Shown here: positions 55,191 to 64,000 of the stretch, piece after piece | How positions within the stretch are numbered: position 1 is the stretch's first letter | Layout: each line of letters starts with the position of its first letter | From: a virus | Lineage: Duplodnaviria; Heunggongvirae; Uroviricota; Caudoviricetes | Direction: 5' to 3' (one strand) | IMG/VR virus record: IMGVR_UViG_3300000571_000003 | Coordinates: 21,812-85,811 of that record | Length of the DNA stretch: 64,000 nt | Program-made: the position numbers and the translations under genes | The notes under the pieces: generated by a model | Database searches by the model: none | Told to the model about the DNA's origin: nothing | Seen by the model: the letters and a program-made list of their open reading frames with translations, nothing else

Positions 55191-57992
55191 TTAATAAGAT
55201 GATTTTACAAGATTTGGAAATGAAACTTTTGGATTATTCTTTTTCTTTCTTTTACCTTTTCCAGCACCTCCTTGTCCAAAAGATGGAAGTTTACTTATAT
55301 CAATATTCTGACCCTGCAATGATATTTTTACGGCATCATTTTGTAGATCAGATTTAGAAAGATCTTTTGCCCATTGTGGAATAATGCTTTTGTTTGGTGT
55401 TATATCTGGAGTTTTAATCTGCTCTGTAGGAAATTTTTCAAAGTTTCCTGTAGCATTAATACCCCATCCAGCAGGAGCACTATCTGATTTCCTTATGGTT
55501 GGTTGTGGTGTTGTATCAACAGGTTTTATAGGAGCCTGTTGTTGCGGCTGTGGCGTAATAGGAGCCTGTTGTTTTACAGGAGAAGGTGGTTGATAATATC
55601 CTGAAAATTGATTCTCAACTGTTCTTTGATTAAGATCAGCTTGATCTCGTGCAACCTTCTCTTTCTCTGCTAAAATATCTTTCTTTTTTTCTGCAGCAAC
55701 TCTTGCATCTGTAGACTCTTTATTTATCGCATCTAATCCCTCATATTTTTTAGCATATATAATACTTCTAAGATTTCCATTCTCATCTAATATCTTATTT
55801 CTGTAATTATTTATCTGTTCATCAGATAGATTAGGATATTTAGATTTTAATGTTGCAACACTCATACTATTAACCAAATCTTGACTTGGTTTTATTCCCC
55901 ACTTAACACTTCTATAGTCATTAGGATTTAAACCTTTAGACGCATCTTCTGCATCTAATTTTTTTATTTGATCAGGTGAGGCATAATTCTGATAGTATTT
56001 TGATTGTGCTTCTTCTTCTGTTGTCTTCTTTACATCTCTATTGCGCTGATCGTTCAACCTAACCGCTTTTAGATAATCATCTATCTGTTCACTTTCAATT
56101 CCACTACCAACCAGTCCTGATTCAGATGATTTATTTAGAATATCTTGCAATTGTCCCCAAGCCTGTTGTGCATTATCACTCAATCTTATTCCGATTTTAC
56201 GTTCAACATCTTTTACAAAATTATTATAATCACGATCAGCAACTATTTTCTCTGATTCTGTTTGAGCGTTTAATTGTGCTGTTTTAAAATAAGCAAGATC
56301 TGTGAGTGTTTTATCTGCATCTGCCTTTAATTGCTCATCAGTTCTTGGTTTAAAACCGGGGGTTGCCTTAAAAGCATCTGCAGGAAGATTATTAACTGGT
56401 GTATCCCAAAGATCCTTATTATCAGACATCACAGATTTTGGTAACGAAATTCTTATATCACTACCTGCAGCTTTACCTTCTGGTGTAGAAGAATATTGTG
56501 TTTTGTCTTTTGCATCATCTATGAACCGAGAATTATCATATTGTGTATCACCTTTTTCTTGAGCTTGTCTTTTTATTAAATCTTTATAAATATCAGTTAA
56601 TGTATATCCACCATGAATTGCCGCATTTACATAAAATGCCAATAAATCTTTATTCTTTGGATCCTGTGTAATTCTTGTTATAAATGCAGAATCAAGACCA
56701 GATTGTGGATCATTCTTTAATCTCTCTAATGCATTACTTATTTTTATACCATTTTTAATAACATCACCTTGCGGTGCTTCTTGCTGTCCGTAATGTTTAT
56801 TTATATTATTAACTCTAAATTCTGGATCAGTTGTTTTTGCATAATCTGAATAACCATATTTTGCATCTAATGTATGAAAATCACTTAATGCACCACCTGG
56901 CATTGTATGTTCAGATGATGGAAGTGTTGTTATTGCTTTTTTTGCTGCTTCAGGATCATTATACGATGTTAAAAAAGCATTCCATGAAAGAAATGGTCTG
57001 AGTTCTTTGTTTTTTAAATCAACAACAAATACAGTAGAATCATTATCAAATTTAACCAAAGAATAATCACCTAATGGATATAATTTAGATCCTCCACCTA
57101 ACGTTGATTCAAGAATTCCACTTGTAGATTTATTATTATTAGATATATCTTGAGGTGAAGAACCTTGAGGTGAAGAACGTTGTGTATCTGTAGCTCCAGT
57201 ACTAGTAGATCCTTGTACTGAATTATTTTGAGTTGCAATATTTTCATTCTTCTTTGTCTGTGCCTCTAATTTACTTTTTTGAGAATTTACAATTGATTCA
57301 GTATTTTTTTTTCTTCTTGCGTCCAAATTAGAAGATAATTTTGTAAACTCAGAATTAGGTTGAGAAGCCCACCATTTCAATTCACTCTCAGATGCCTGAT
57401 ATCCGTAATCTGAAAATGTTTTTGCTATTTGATCTTTATCAAGATTAGGCGTTTTATTAAAAGAATCAGACTGTGTCTTTGTAAAAGATGTTGGTTTACT
57501 GGGAGTAGTTGGAGTAGGTGAAGAAGTTTTTACAGTTGGAGTTGTCGTAGAAGATGTTTTATTTTTTAACTGATTGATATCAATACCCTGACTCTGTAGT
57601 GAAATTTGAACAGCTGGATTTTTCAAATCTTCTGCAGATAAGTTTTGAACCCATGTAGGAATATTTTGTTGTGGCATTCCAGCTGCAGTTACTTTACTAT
57701 AATCAGCTTGTGCCAATGCATTTCTACTCGCAAGTTCTTGGGGGGTTATGTCTCTTGCTCCAGTATACCCTGGCTGTTGTTGTTGCATCAGGTTTTGATA
57801 TGTTTGTTTTGGCATAAATACACCATCAGCAATAACATAAGGAGTGTCTGTCAATTCAGAAGGAACGTCAATAAAATTACCACTTAATCTTGTTCCACCA
57901 GGATAGTTACCAGTACCTCCTTTTTCTCTAAGAAAGCGGTTTAGGTCTCCTGCCCTTCTTTCTTGGTCTGATGATGTTAATGCGTATGGCAT
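55191..57992 (-). CDS. large structural protein (933 aa) with terminal ~35-aa repeated module
   Basis: IPTWVQNLSAEDLKNPAVQISLQSQGIDINQL near N-terminus and IPQWAKDLSKSDLQNDAVKISLQGQNIDISKL near C-terminus; S/T/P-rich linkers. Confidence 0.55.
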   Translation of the reverse strand: MPYALTSSDQERRAGDLNRFLREKGGTGNYPGGTRLSGNFIDVPSELTDTPYVIADGVFMPKQTYQNLMQQQQPGYTGARDITPQELASRNALAQADYSKVTAAGMPQQNIPTWVQNLSAEDLKNPAVQISLQSQGIDINQLKNKTSSTTTPTVKTSSPTPTTPSKPTSFTKTQSDSFNKTPNLDKDQIAKTFSDYGYQASESELKWWASQPNSEFTKLSSNLDARRKKNTESIVNSQKSKLEAQTKKNENIATQNNSVQGSTSTGATDTQRSSPQGSSPQDISNNNKSTSGILESTLGGGSKLYPLGDYSLVKFDNDSTVFVVDLKNKELRPFLSWNAFLTSYNDPEAAKKAITTLPSSEHTMPGGALSDFHTLDAKYGYSDYAKTTDPEFRVNNINKHYGQQEAPQGDVIKNGIKISNALERLKNDPQSGLDSAFITRITQDPKNKDLLAFYVNAAIHGGYTLTDIYKDLIKRQAQEKGDTQYDNSRFIDDAKDKTQYSSTPEGKAAGSDIRISLPKSVMSDNKDLWDTPVNNLPADAFKATPGFKPRTDEQLKADADKTLTDLAYFKTAQLNAQTESEKIVADRDYNNFVKDVERKIGIRLSDNAQQAWGQLQDILNKSSESGLVGSGIESEQIDDYLKAVRLNDQRNRDVKKTTEEEAQSKYYQNYASPDQIKKLDAEDASKGLNPNDYRSVKWGIKPSQDLVNSMSVATLKSKYPNLSDEQINNYRNKILDENGNLRSIIYAKKYEGLDAINKESTDARVAAEKKKDILAEKEKVARDQADLNQRTVENQFSGYYQPPSPVKQQAPITPQPQQQAPIKPVDTTPQPTIRKSDSAPAGWGINATGNFEKFPTEQIKTPDITPNKSIIPQWAKDLSKSDLQNDAVKISLQGQNIDISKLPSFGQGGAGKGKRKKKNNPKVSFPNLVKSSY

Positions 57993-58032
57993 ATTGTTAT
58001 TATTTATATCGCGTTAGATTGTGTAGACATTT

Positions 58033-59958
58033 TTAAACAGAATATATTCTAATCTCTCCCCGAGCACCATCAGCACCAACGGCACCTAAATTACCCCCCC
58101 CACCGCCTCCGCCGCCTGCACCTGGAACTCCACCAGCACCACCAGCACCACCAGTACCAGATGTTCCACCACTTCCGCCACCGCCGCCGCCTGTTCCAAT
58201 ATCTCCATTTGTTCCTGCCGTCCCAGCACCTCCATTCCCAGATCCTCCTACTCCTCCAGCACCACCAGCACCACCACCTCCTGCAGAGTATGATTGAATG
58301 TTTCCACCAGCACCGCCAGGACCAGGAGTTGTTGCTCCACTACCTCCACCAGGTGCTCCAAAAAGTGAACTTCCTCCGGCTGGACCAGGTGTCCCTTGTC
58401 CACCTCCAGATCCCCCACCCCATTCTGCTGATTTTCCATCTGAAGTAACAGCACTTCCTGCTCCTTGCCCACTTAATCCATTCGATCCAGCAGTTATTGC
58501 AGTTGAACCTCCAAGTGAACTTGCACCAACCTGACCTAATTGACCAGCACCTGCCCATCCTCCTCCTCCGCCGCCTGAATATGTTCCACCTTGTCCTCTT
58601 ATTCCACCATTACCACCATATGCAGATATATAAGAACCGAATGAAGATGTTGCACCTCCAGAGGCATCTCCACCGACAGCTCCTGCCGCTCCACCTGCTC
58701 CTATCGTTATTGCTACAGTCGCAGATAAATCTGAAGCCTTAAAAACTTTTTGTATAACAGCACCGCCTCCACCGCCAGTACCACCTCCGAAAGAACCTGC
58801 GTTCTGTCCTCCTCCACCACCACCTCCTCCTGCGATGACTACAACTACAACTAATGAAGCTCCGGCTGGTTTTGTCCATATTCCATTCGCTGTGAATATT
58901 TGAAGATTTCCAACATTTGAACCAGTTATTATCGCGCCAGACATAGTTACAACCCCAGATTGTGTAACTGTGAAAGTAGGACTTCCTGTAGGACCAGCAG
59001 CTATTGCTGTTGCGCTTCCTGGAGTCAAAGCTACGGTATTTCCTCCAGTTACAACAGTGATACTTCCTGCAGTTATAGTCCCTATATTAGCACTTATAGC
59101 CGAGAGTTGTGAGACATTCATTAATGCCGCTGTAATCGAGTTTGCTACTATTGCATTAGTAGCAAGTATCTTTAATCCTCCTATACCTCCAAATACCTCA
59201 AATTCAGCCTCTGTTGCTCCGTTTATAGCCGTAGCGACTAATACCTTACCAGAACCTACTGCTGTAGTCGCAGTCGTTGTTACTTGATATGCGATTATTG
59301 AAACGGCTATATCTAAATATATATACGTCCGTGCCGCCATATTCCCTGTATTGCCTGCTCCTATAGCGTATGAAGTGCCTCCTGCAGTTGTAAATGTACC
59401 TACTCCCCATGAAACAGTATCTAAATCAGTAGAAGAGAATGCAGATGTCTGTGTCCATCCTTGGGCGGCTATATTAATGTTAGATAGGGCTACAAGACCA
59501 GATAATGTAGAAGTAGCAACAGAACCGCCAGTGATAGTTATATTTGAAAATGTACCGACTCCTGCATTACTTATCTTAGCTATTGCCGCTGCAAACGTAC
59601 CAGCTCCAAGCCACATGTTACCATCAACATCTACATGGAATGACGTTGCGTCTGAACCGCCTATGTCTATGGATGATGCCTCAATACTTCCAGAGAAGAA
59701 ACCGTTCATCGCCTCAATGTTTCCTGTACGACCATCTATAATAAATCCCTGTTTTCTCGGTAAATAATTACGTGACTTTATCCATGTACTTATAATTATA
59801 TCATTAAGTGTCTTTCCCGTCTCTACCGTATTTTCACCCTGATTTTGATTATAGTCAGATGGATTTACCGTACCAGAAAGTGGCACAGGTGTTTCAGAAG
59901 TTCTATTTAGTGAACTACTGTATGGTCTATCAATTGTTGTATAATCTAAATCAGGCAT
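58033..59958 (-). CDS. Gly-rich tail-fibre-like protein (641 aa)
   Basis: N-terminal globular region then ~400 aa of GGxGG/GxG runs; GC-rich GGN codons produce spurious antisense ORFs. Confidence 0.55.
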   Translation of the reverse strand: MPDLDYTTIDRPYSSSLNRTSETPVPLSGTVNPSDYNQNQGENTVETGKTLNDIIISTWIKSRNYLPRKQGFIIDGRTGNIEAMNGFFSGSIEASSIDIGGSDATSFHVDVDGNMWLGAGTFAAAIAKISNAGVGTFSNITITGGSVATSTLSGLVALSNINIAAQGWTQTSAFSSTDLDTVSWGVGTFTTAGGTSYAIGAGNTGNMAARTYIYLDIAVSIIAYQVTTTATTAVGSGKVLVATAINGATEAEFEVFGGIGGLKILATNAIVANSITAALMNVSQLSAISANIGTITAGSITVVTGGNTVALTPGSATAIAAGPTGSPTFTVTQSGVVTMSGAIITGSNVGNLQIFTANGIWTKPAGASLVVVVVIAGGGGGGGGQNAGSFGGGTGGGGGAVIQKVFKASDLSATVAITIGAGGAAGAVGGDASGGATSSFGSYISAYGGNGGIRGQGGTYSGGGGGGWAGAGQLGQVGASSLGGSTAITAGSNGLSGQGAGSAVTSDGKSAEWGGGSGGGQGTPGPAGGSSLFGAPGGGSGATTPGPGGAGGNIQSYSAGGGGAGGAGGVGGSGNGGAGTAGTNGDIGTGGGGGGSGGTSGTGGAGGAGGVPGAGGGGGGGGNLGAVGADGARGEIRIYSV

Positions 59959-59961
59959 ATT

Positions 59962-61959
59962 TTACTCATAATCAGTTTGTATTGCATCCTCTTCATTCGA
60001 AATTAAGTAGTTTATTGCCATCTTACTTACCTTACATACTCTTTTCGAATTTTCTCGTAATGATAGTCTTATATTTCTACATCTAGGAGGATTTCCAACA
60101 GCACCATCAATTCCTACTACCTTTAATAATGTACATCCCTTTGCTGACTCACCATCTATCTCATACCATTGTCCCATATCTGTAGATATAAAAGTCTTAA
60201 GTCCACTTCCGCGTTCTGTTTCTATTACTATTTCTAATGGCTTTGATGATCTTTCAAATGTTGTTCCAAGCATTAAATTTGATGTATCAGCCCTCATCGG
60301 TATCTCTCTACTATTATCAGTATTACCAGATAAAAACTCTAATACAGACATATCAAGTGATCCTCCTGCCAACATGCATCTATCAACATTTGTTTCCTCT
60401 ACCCATGTAGTCATATCTACAGCACTTATTCCTGTATGTATGTACCAGTTATCCTGTAATATGTTATGTTCAACCATTACATTACTCAACGTTTTATCTG
60501 TAGATCCATCTGGATTATAAAGAGTTACAGTTCCTAATGTAAAAAATACACTCTTACCTTTCTTTCCAGCTACAGAGTTTTCAAGACCACTTTTAGTTGA
60601 TCCATCAAAATATTTCTGAACTTTGTCAGATATTTTTTGTGGCATTTCAGCACCCGTTGTTTTAAAAATTCCTGTGTAATGTATGAAATATAATGAACCA
60701 CTATTCTTAACATAACCCTTCCTAGATATACAACCATAATCAGTTTCTATATTCTGAAGTACAACATCATTCCATACAGATAAACCACTGTTACTTGCTA
60801 TTAGCATTACATTCCCTATATTTACCATCATTTTTATCTCTTCATTCCCTGGTCCACCTATTCTGAACATATCGTAATCTTTCGCATTTATACCGCTTGC
60901 AGATGGATTATTAACCCATCTAAATTGTTTTGCACCGGAAAATGTTCCATTAGCCCATAATTCATCTGAAGCTAATATCGTAGTAAAACCAACTTCATAT
61001 GTCGCTCCCCCAGTTAGGATTATAGTACTTTCTTGCACTGAAGAAACAGTTATAGTTGCGACTTTATTTGGTCCCCTATATACCTCTAGATTTCTATTGC
61101 TCGCATCAGTATAAATGTACTTATTATCTGTTATAGATATTGTCGTATCTGCAGGAGCTGCAAGATCTGCGCTCACCAAAGCAACTATACCTAACGGTGG
61201 TGATGATCTTAAAACGCTTGTTCTATAACGAATATTCGTATATGTAAAATCTGCAACGTATAGTTTTCCTTTATAATAATTTATTACATTTGCCTTAGGA
61301 CAATTAAATAAATGACCGGTTGAGTTAGATGATGTAACAACAGTAGTACCATTAGACGTTATATATCTACTGGCATTATTATAGTTTACCAAGAAGAAAC
61401 ATTCTTCTGCTATTGTATAATCAAATGCGTCTAAAATATAAGTATCTAACGCACCACTATTATATCCTTCTTTTATAAAAACCCTATCAAATATATTTAT
61501 ATCAAAATTATGATTATTAGGAATCACATCTTCTACTATTGGAACAAAATCTTCTACGTTTATTAAATAATTCATGAAAATATCTACACCAACTACAAGA
61601 TTTGTTCCTCCACTAGTTAACGCAGTCCAAACATTAGAAGAATTTAGGTAATATATTGATGTTGTACTTCCTACCTTTGATATCCTATATAACCCCCTTC
61701 CGGTTGATGATGGTATAGCAAAACTAAATACACCATAATTCTTTATAGGTGTTATACCACTTCCAAACGCAGTTTCTCCCTCTCTTTTCTCTATTGTACC
61801 TATCGTTCTAGATCGTACATTCTCAGCATGCATCAATTCAGTCTTTTTCGCTATATTAGAAGCAACAGCACCGTTCACGCCATCAAAATAATCTATATTA
61901 ATTCTAGATATTTTACTATTTTTTACCATATACAGGGATATTAAAGGCAGTATTAACAT
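59962..61959 (-). CDS. large structural/tail protein (665 aa)
   Basis: Long ORF, T/S/N/V-rich beta-like composition. Confidence 0.55.
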   Translation of the reverse strand: MLILPLISLYMVKNSKISRINIDYFDGVNGAVASNIAKKTELMHAENVRSRTIGTIEKREGETAFGSGITPIKNYGVFSFAIPSSTGRGLYRISKVGSTTSIYYLNSSNVWTALTSGGTNLVVGVDIFMNYLINVEDFVPIVEDVIPNNHNFDINIFDRVFIKEGYNSGALDTYILDAFDYTIAEECFFLVNYNNASRYITSNGTTVVTSSNSTGHLFNCPKANVINYYKGKLYVADFTYTNIRYRTSVLRSSPPLGIVALVSADLAAPADTTISITDNKYIYTDASNRNLEVYRGPNKVATITVSSVQESTIILTGGATYEVGFTTILASDELWANGTFSGAKQFRWVNNPSASGINAKDYDMFRIGGPGNEEIKMMVNIGNVMLIASNSGLSVWNDVVLQNIETDYGCISRKGYVKNSGSLYFIHYTGIFKTTGAEMPQKISDKVQKYFDGSTKSGLENSVAGKKGKSVFFTLGTVTLYNPDGSTDKTLSNVMVEHNILQDNWYIHTGISAVDMTTWVEETNVDRCMLAGGSLDMSVLEFLSGNTDNSREIPMRADTSNLMLGTTFERSSKPLEIVIETERGSGLKTFISTDMGQWYEIDGESAKGCTLLKVVGIDGAVGNPPRCRNIRLSLRENSKRVCKVSKMAINYLISNEEDAIQTDYE

Positions 61960-62590
61960 TCCATCTATATTTAAATATTCTATTGTGTAATGTTCCAGAT
62001 TTAAAATTTAAATATTTTTCCCATTCATTTATATTTAATCTCTTACCATTATATTCTATAATCTTAACACAATTTCTATTATTATTTTGTTCTTTAATGG
62101 TAACCCATCTACAATTTTCTTTATAATAATGATTTAATCCATTTATTCTATCTATTTGAGTATTTTTTTCTCCATATTCTATACAATGTTTAATATAAGA
62201 TTCATACATATCATTTTTAAAATTCTTAAAAGACTTCCATAAACACCTTATTCCAATATTTCCATATCTGACATAACTAATATTATTTTTATTATTACAT
62301 CTTTGTTTAATACCCCTCCAAATTTTACAAAATCTCGAATGACTAAGGCCGTGTGAATATCTTAATCCTTTTTTTAATTTTTCTTTTATTAGACATCCGC
62401 AAGATGTCGTATGATTTTTTTTACTAATATTCTCTGCATAAACTATAACTATATTCCCACAACTACATATACATTTTAATATCTTTCTTTTTCTTTTACT
62501 TGTTATACCGAAAATTTTAGATCCCAAGTCTTCAATTACTCTTAATCTACCTGACTTTTTATTTATATAATTTATTCTTTTTATATACAT
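61916..62590 (-). CDS. free-standing HNH homing endonuclease inserted among structural genes
   Basis: QIDRINGLNHYYKENCRWVTIKEQNNN (IDRIdn...Y...NCRW...eQ..N) plus Cys cluster CICSCG...CGC. Confidence 0.55.
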   Translation of the reverse strand: MYIKRINYINKKSGRLRVIEDLGSKIFGITSKRKRKILKCICSCGNIVIVYAENISKKNHTTSCGCLIKEKLKKGLRYSHGLSHSRFCKIWRGIKQRCNNKNNISYVRYGNIGIRCLWKSFKNFKNDMYESYIKHCIEYGEKNTQIDRINGLNHYYKENCRWVTIKEQNNNRNCVKIIEYNGKRLNINEWEKYLNFKSGTLHNRIFKYRWNVNTAFNIPVYGKK

Positions 62591-62593
62591 ATG

Positions 62594-63691
62594 TTATATA
62601 TTAGCCGAAGATATAATACTCCAACTATCTTTATTAGCATCTCTCTTAATAGCAAATATCTTCATATTGTTAGTACCCTCACCGAATATCTTATAATAAT
62701 TAGCCGCATTAGGATTATTAGTCTTAAGACATGCCCTGTACATTACAAAATCTTTAAGACAATAAAACCCTCCATTCGGTAGATCTATAACATCCTCATA
62801 TGAATCTAAAACAGGTGCTCTATTAACGTAATTATATGTATATGTAGTAGAGGCAGTTGGTGCCGGAACAAATCCTACATATTTACCTCTAATATAATAT
62901 TTCGTTACATTACCGTCATACTGTAATGTTTTATTAAGTGATATAAATGGTATTTCAAGATCTTGTTGATCTGTAATATTTATAAGATTCCCAAAGTCTG
63001 TAGCCAATAGATATTCACTTGTTCCAGATACCACTGAGATTGGCTGACTTATCTGAGCCCCATATTCTTGATTAACCATATTCAGGCTATTCCTGAGCAT
63101 CTCATATCCCTCATTTGACCATATATACAGGTCATCTGTAGTAACTATCTTTAATTCTTTGTTATTTAAGAGACTTAATACTCCATCAAACAATTGTTTT
63201 ATAGTATCCCTTGCAAATCCAGTATATGGTATTGGATTTGATGCGGCAGACATTAATGTTGATACAGAATTATATAATTTAAACCAACCATAACCAGTAC
63301 TATTTGTATCATCATCAAATGTAGTGAACCAACTGTTTGCTTGAATACTATTAAATCCAGTCAATGGAGCAGAGGCACTGAATGTTGTCGTTGTTGTACG
63401 ATAAAATATTATCTGATTATAAGGAATAATAGATATCTTTGTACTTTCATTATGAGCGAATGTTGTTGCTGCAGTAAATGTAATTGTCTGTGTTGTGTTA
63501 TTTGTAGATAAAACACGTCTTATTTCACTATTCTCAGATCCAAAATTACCTAAAAGTACAAATTTATCAGCAGAAAAATCAGATGCATTCGTCACCACAA
63601 CTGATGTTGAAGCAGATGAATAATTATCTACTAAAAACGCATATTTAGCATTAGTGAGTAGTTCTCTATTGTCTGCCTTTAATGTTGTCAT
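62594..63691 (-). CDS. structural protein (365 aa), possibly capsid or tail component
   Basis: Long ORF in structural operon; T/S/N-rich. Confidence 0.5.
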   Translation of the reverse strand: MTTLKADNRELLTNAKYAFLVDNYSSASTSVVVTNASDFSADKFVLLGNFGSENSEIRRVLSTNNTTQTITFTAATTFAHNESTKISIIPYNQIIFYRTTTTTFSASAPLTGFNSIQANSWFTTFDDDTNSTGYGWFKLYNSVSTLMSAASNPIPYTGFARDTIKQLFDGVLSLLNNKELKIVTTDDLYIWSNEGYEMLRNSLNMVNQEYGAQISQPISVVSGTSEYLLATDFGNLINITDQQDLEIPFISLNKTLQYDGNVTKYYIRGKYVGFVPAPTASTTYTYNYVNRAPVLDSYEDVIDLPNGGFYCLKDFVMYRACLKTNNPNAANYYKIFGEGTNNMKIFAIKRDANKDSWSIISSANI

Positions 63692-63705
63692 ATTGTTATT
63701 TTTTA

Positions 63706-64000
63706 TTATGAACCCATGATTTTTCCAGAAGAATTACCTCCAAAAGGTCCAGCGGATTGAGAGTATATTGCCAGATAAATATTGGTAATTGCTTCAGTTA
63801 TTGTAAATGTATCATTTATATTTATTACTCCGAATAATGTTATAGAAGAACTTTCGGTTATTGTATCTACGTCATTTACATTTATATTAAGGATATCTTC
63901 AGGATCTACACTATCTGATATGGTTATCTGATCATTTACGTTCAAATAGTTATCAATACTCATTATAACGTTCTCAGTTATACTAACACTTTCACTGAGA
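63706..64000 (-). CDS. structural protein fragment, N-terminus likely beyond window end
   Basis: Frame stays open upstream of the ATG at 63963 to nt 64000 with the same (V/I)S.T.(E/D) periodic composition. Confidence 0.35.
   Translation of the reverse strand, partial: LSESVSITENVIMSIDNYLNVNDQITISDSVDPEDILNINVNDVDTITESSSITLFGVININDTFTITEAITNIYLAIYSQSAGPFGGNSSGKIMGS

Noticed and set aside
58161-59767. Several plus-strand ORFs (58161..58448, 58298..58534, 58497..58742, 58970..59287, 59351..59767) and minus-strand ORFs 58248..58472, 58340..58558
   Set aside because: These are off-frame or antisense artefacts of the GGN-rich Gly-repeat gene 58033..59958, whose GC-rich low-complexity DNA lacks stops in other frames.

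Overview
The window is a slice of an AT-rich (~30% GC) bacteriophage genome or prophage, with five alternating strand blocks.

Strand blocks:
- Minus 1..9743: a putative portal at the window edge, a large terminase interrupted by a LAGLIDADG intein, a candidate small terminase, a 1038-aa protein and an HU-like protein.
- Plus 9974..16218: small early genes, plus an amidoligase-like protein, a class-II glutamine amidotransferase (MCGI N-terminus), an acidic protein and an HExxH peptidase.
- Minus 16880..24635: SAM synthetase MetK, an HNH endonuclease, and a SNF2 helicase split by an intein that carries an out-of-frame DUF559-type endonuclease gene.
- Plus 24795..47279: replication initiator, Prim-Pol/helicase, HNH-AP2 endonucleases, two SPFH/prohibitin-like proteins, RecA, SbcD, RuvC, SbcC, a class I methyltransferase and a MucR/Ros regulator.
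- Minus 47309..64000: virion and tail proteins, including a 1682-aa protein with an HNH motif, an M23 peptidase, a Gly-rich fibre-like protein and another HNH endonuclease.

Regulatory picture:
- At least six near-identical sigma70-type promoters (cACTTGACAAGTa-N-TGTGCTATACTgta).
- Several clean intrinsic terminators.
- Two candidate small non-coding RNAs.
- A family of three GC-rich leader-peptide repeats.
- Genes start in a conserved TAAATAATATG context with no Shine-Dalgarno sequence; TGA is used as a stop.
- No tRNA or CRISPR was found.

All domain calls rest on motifs read by eye, not on database searches.
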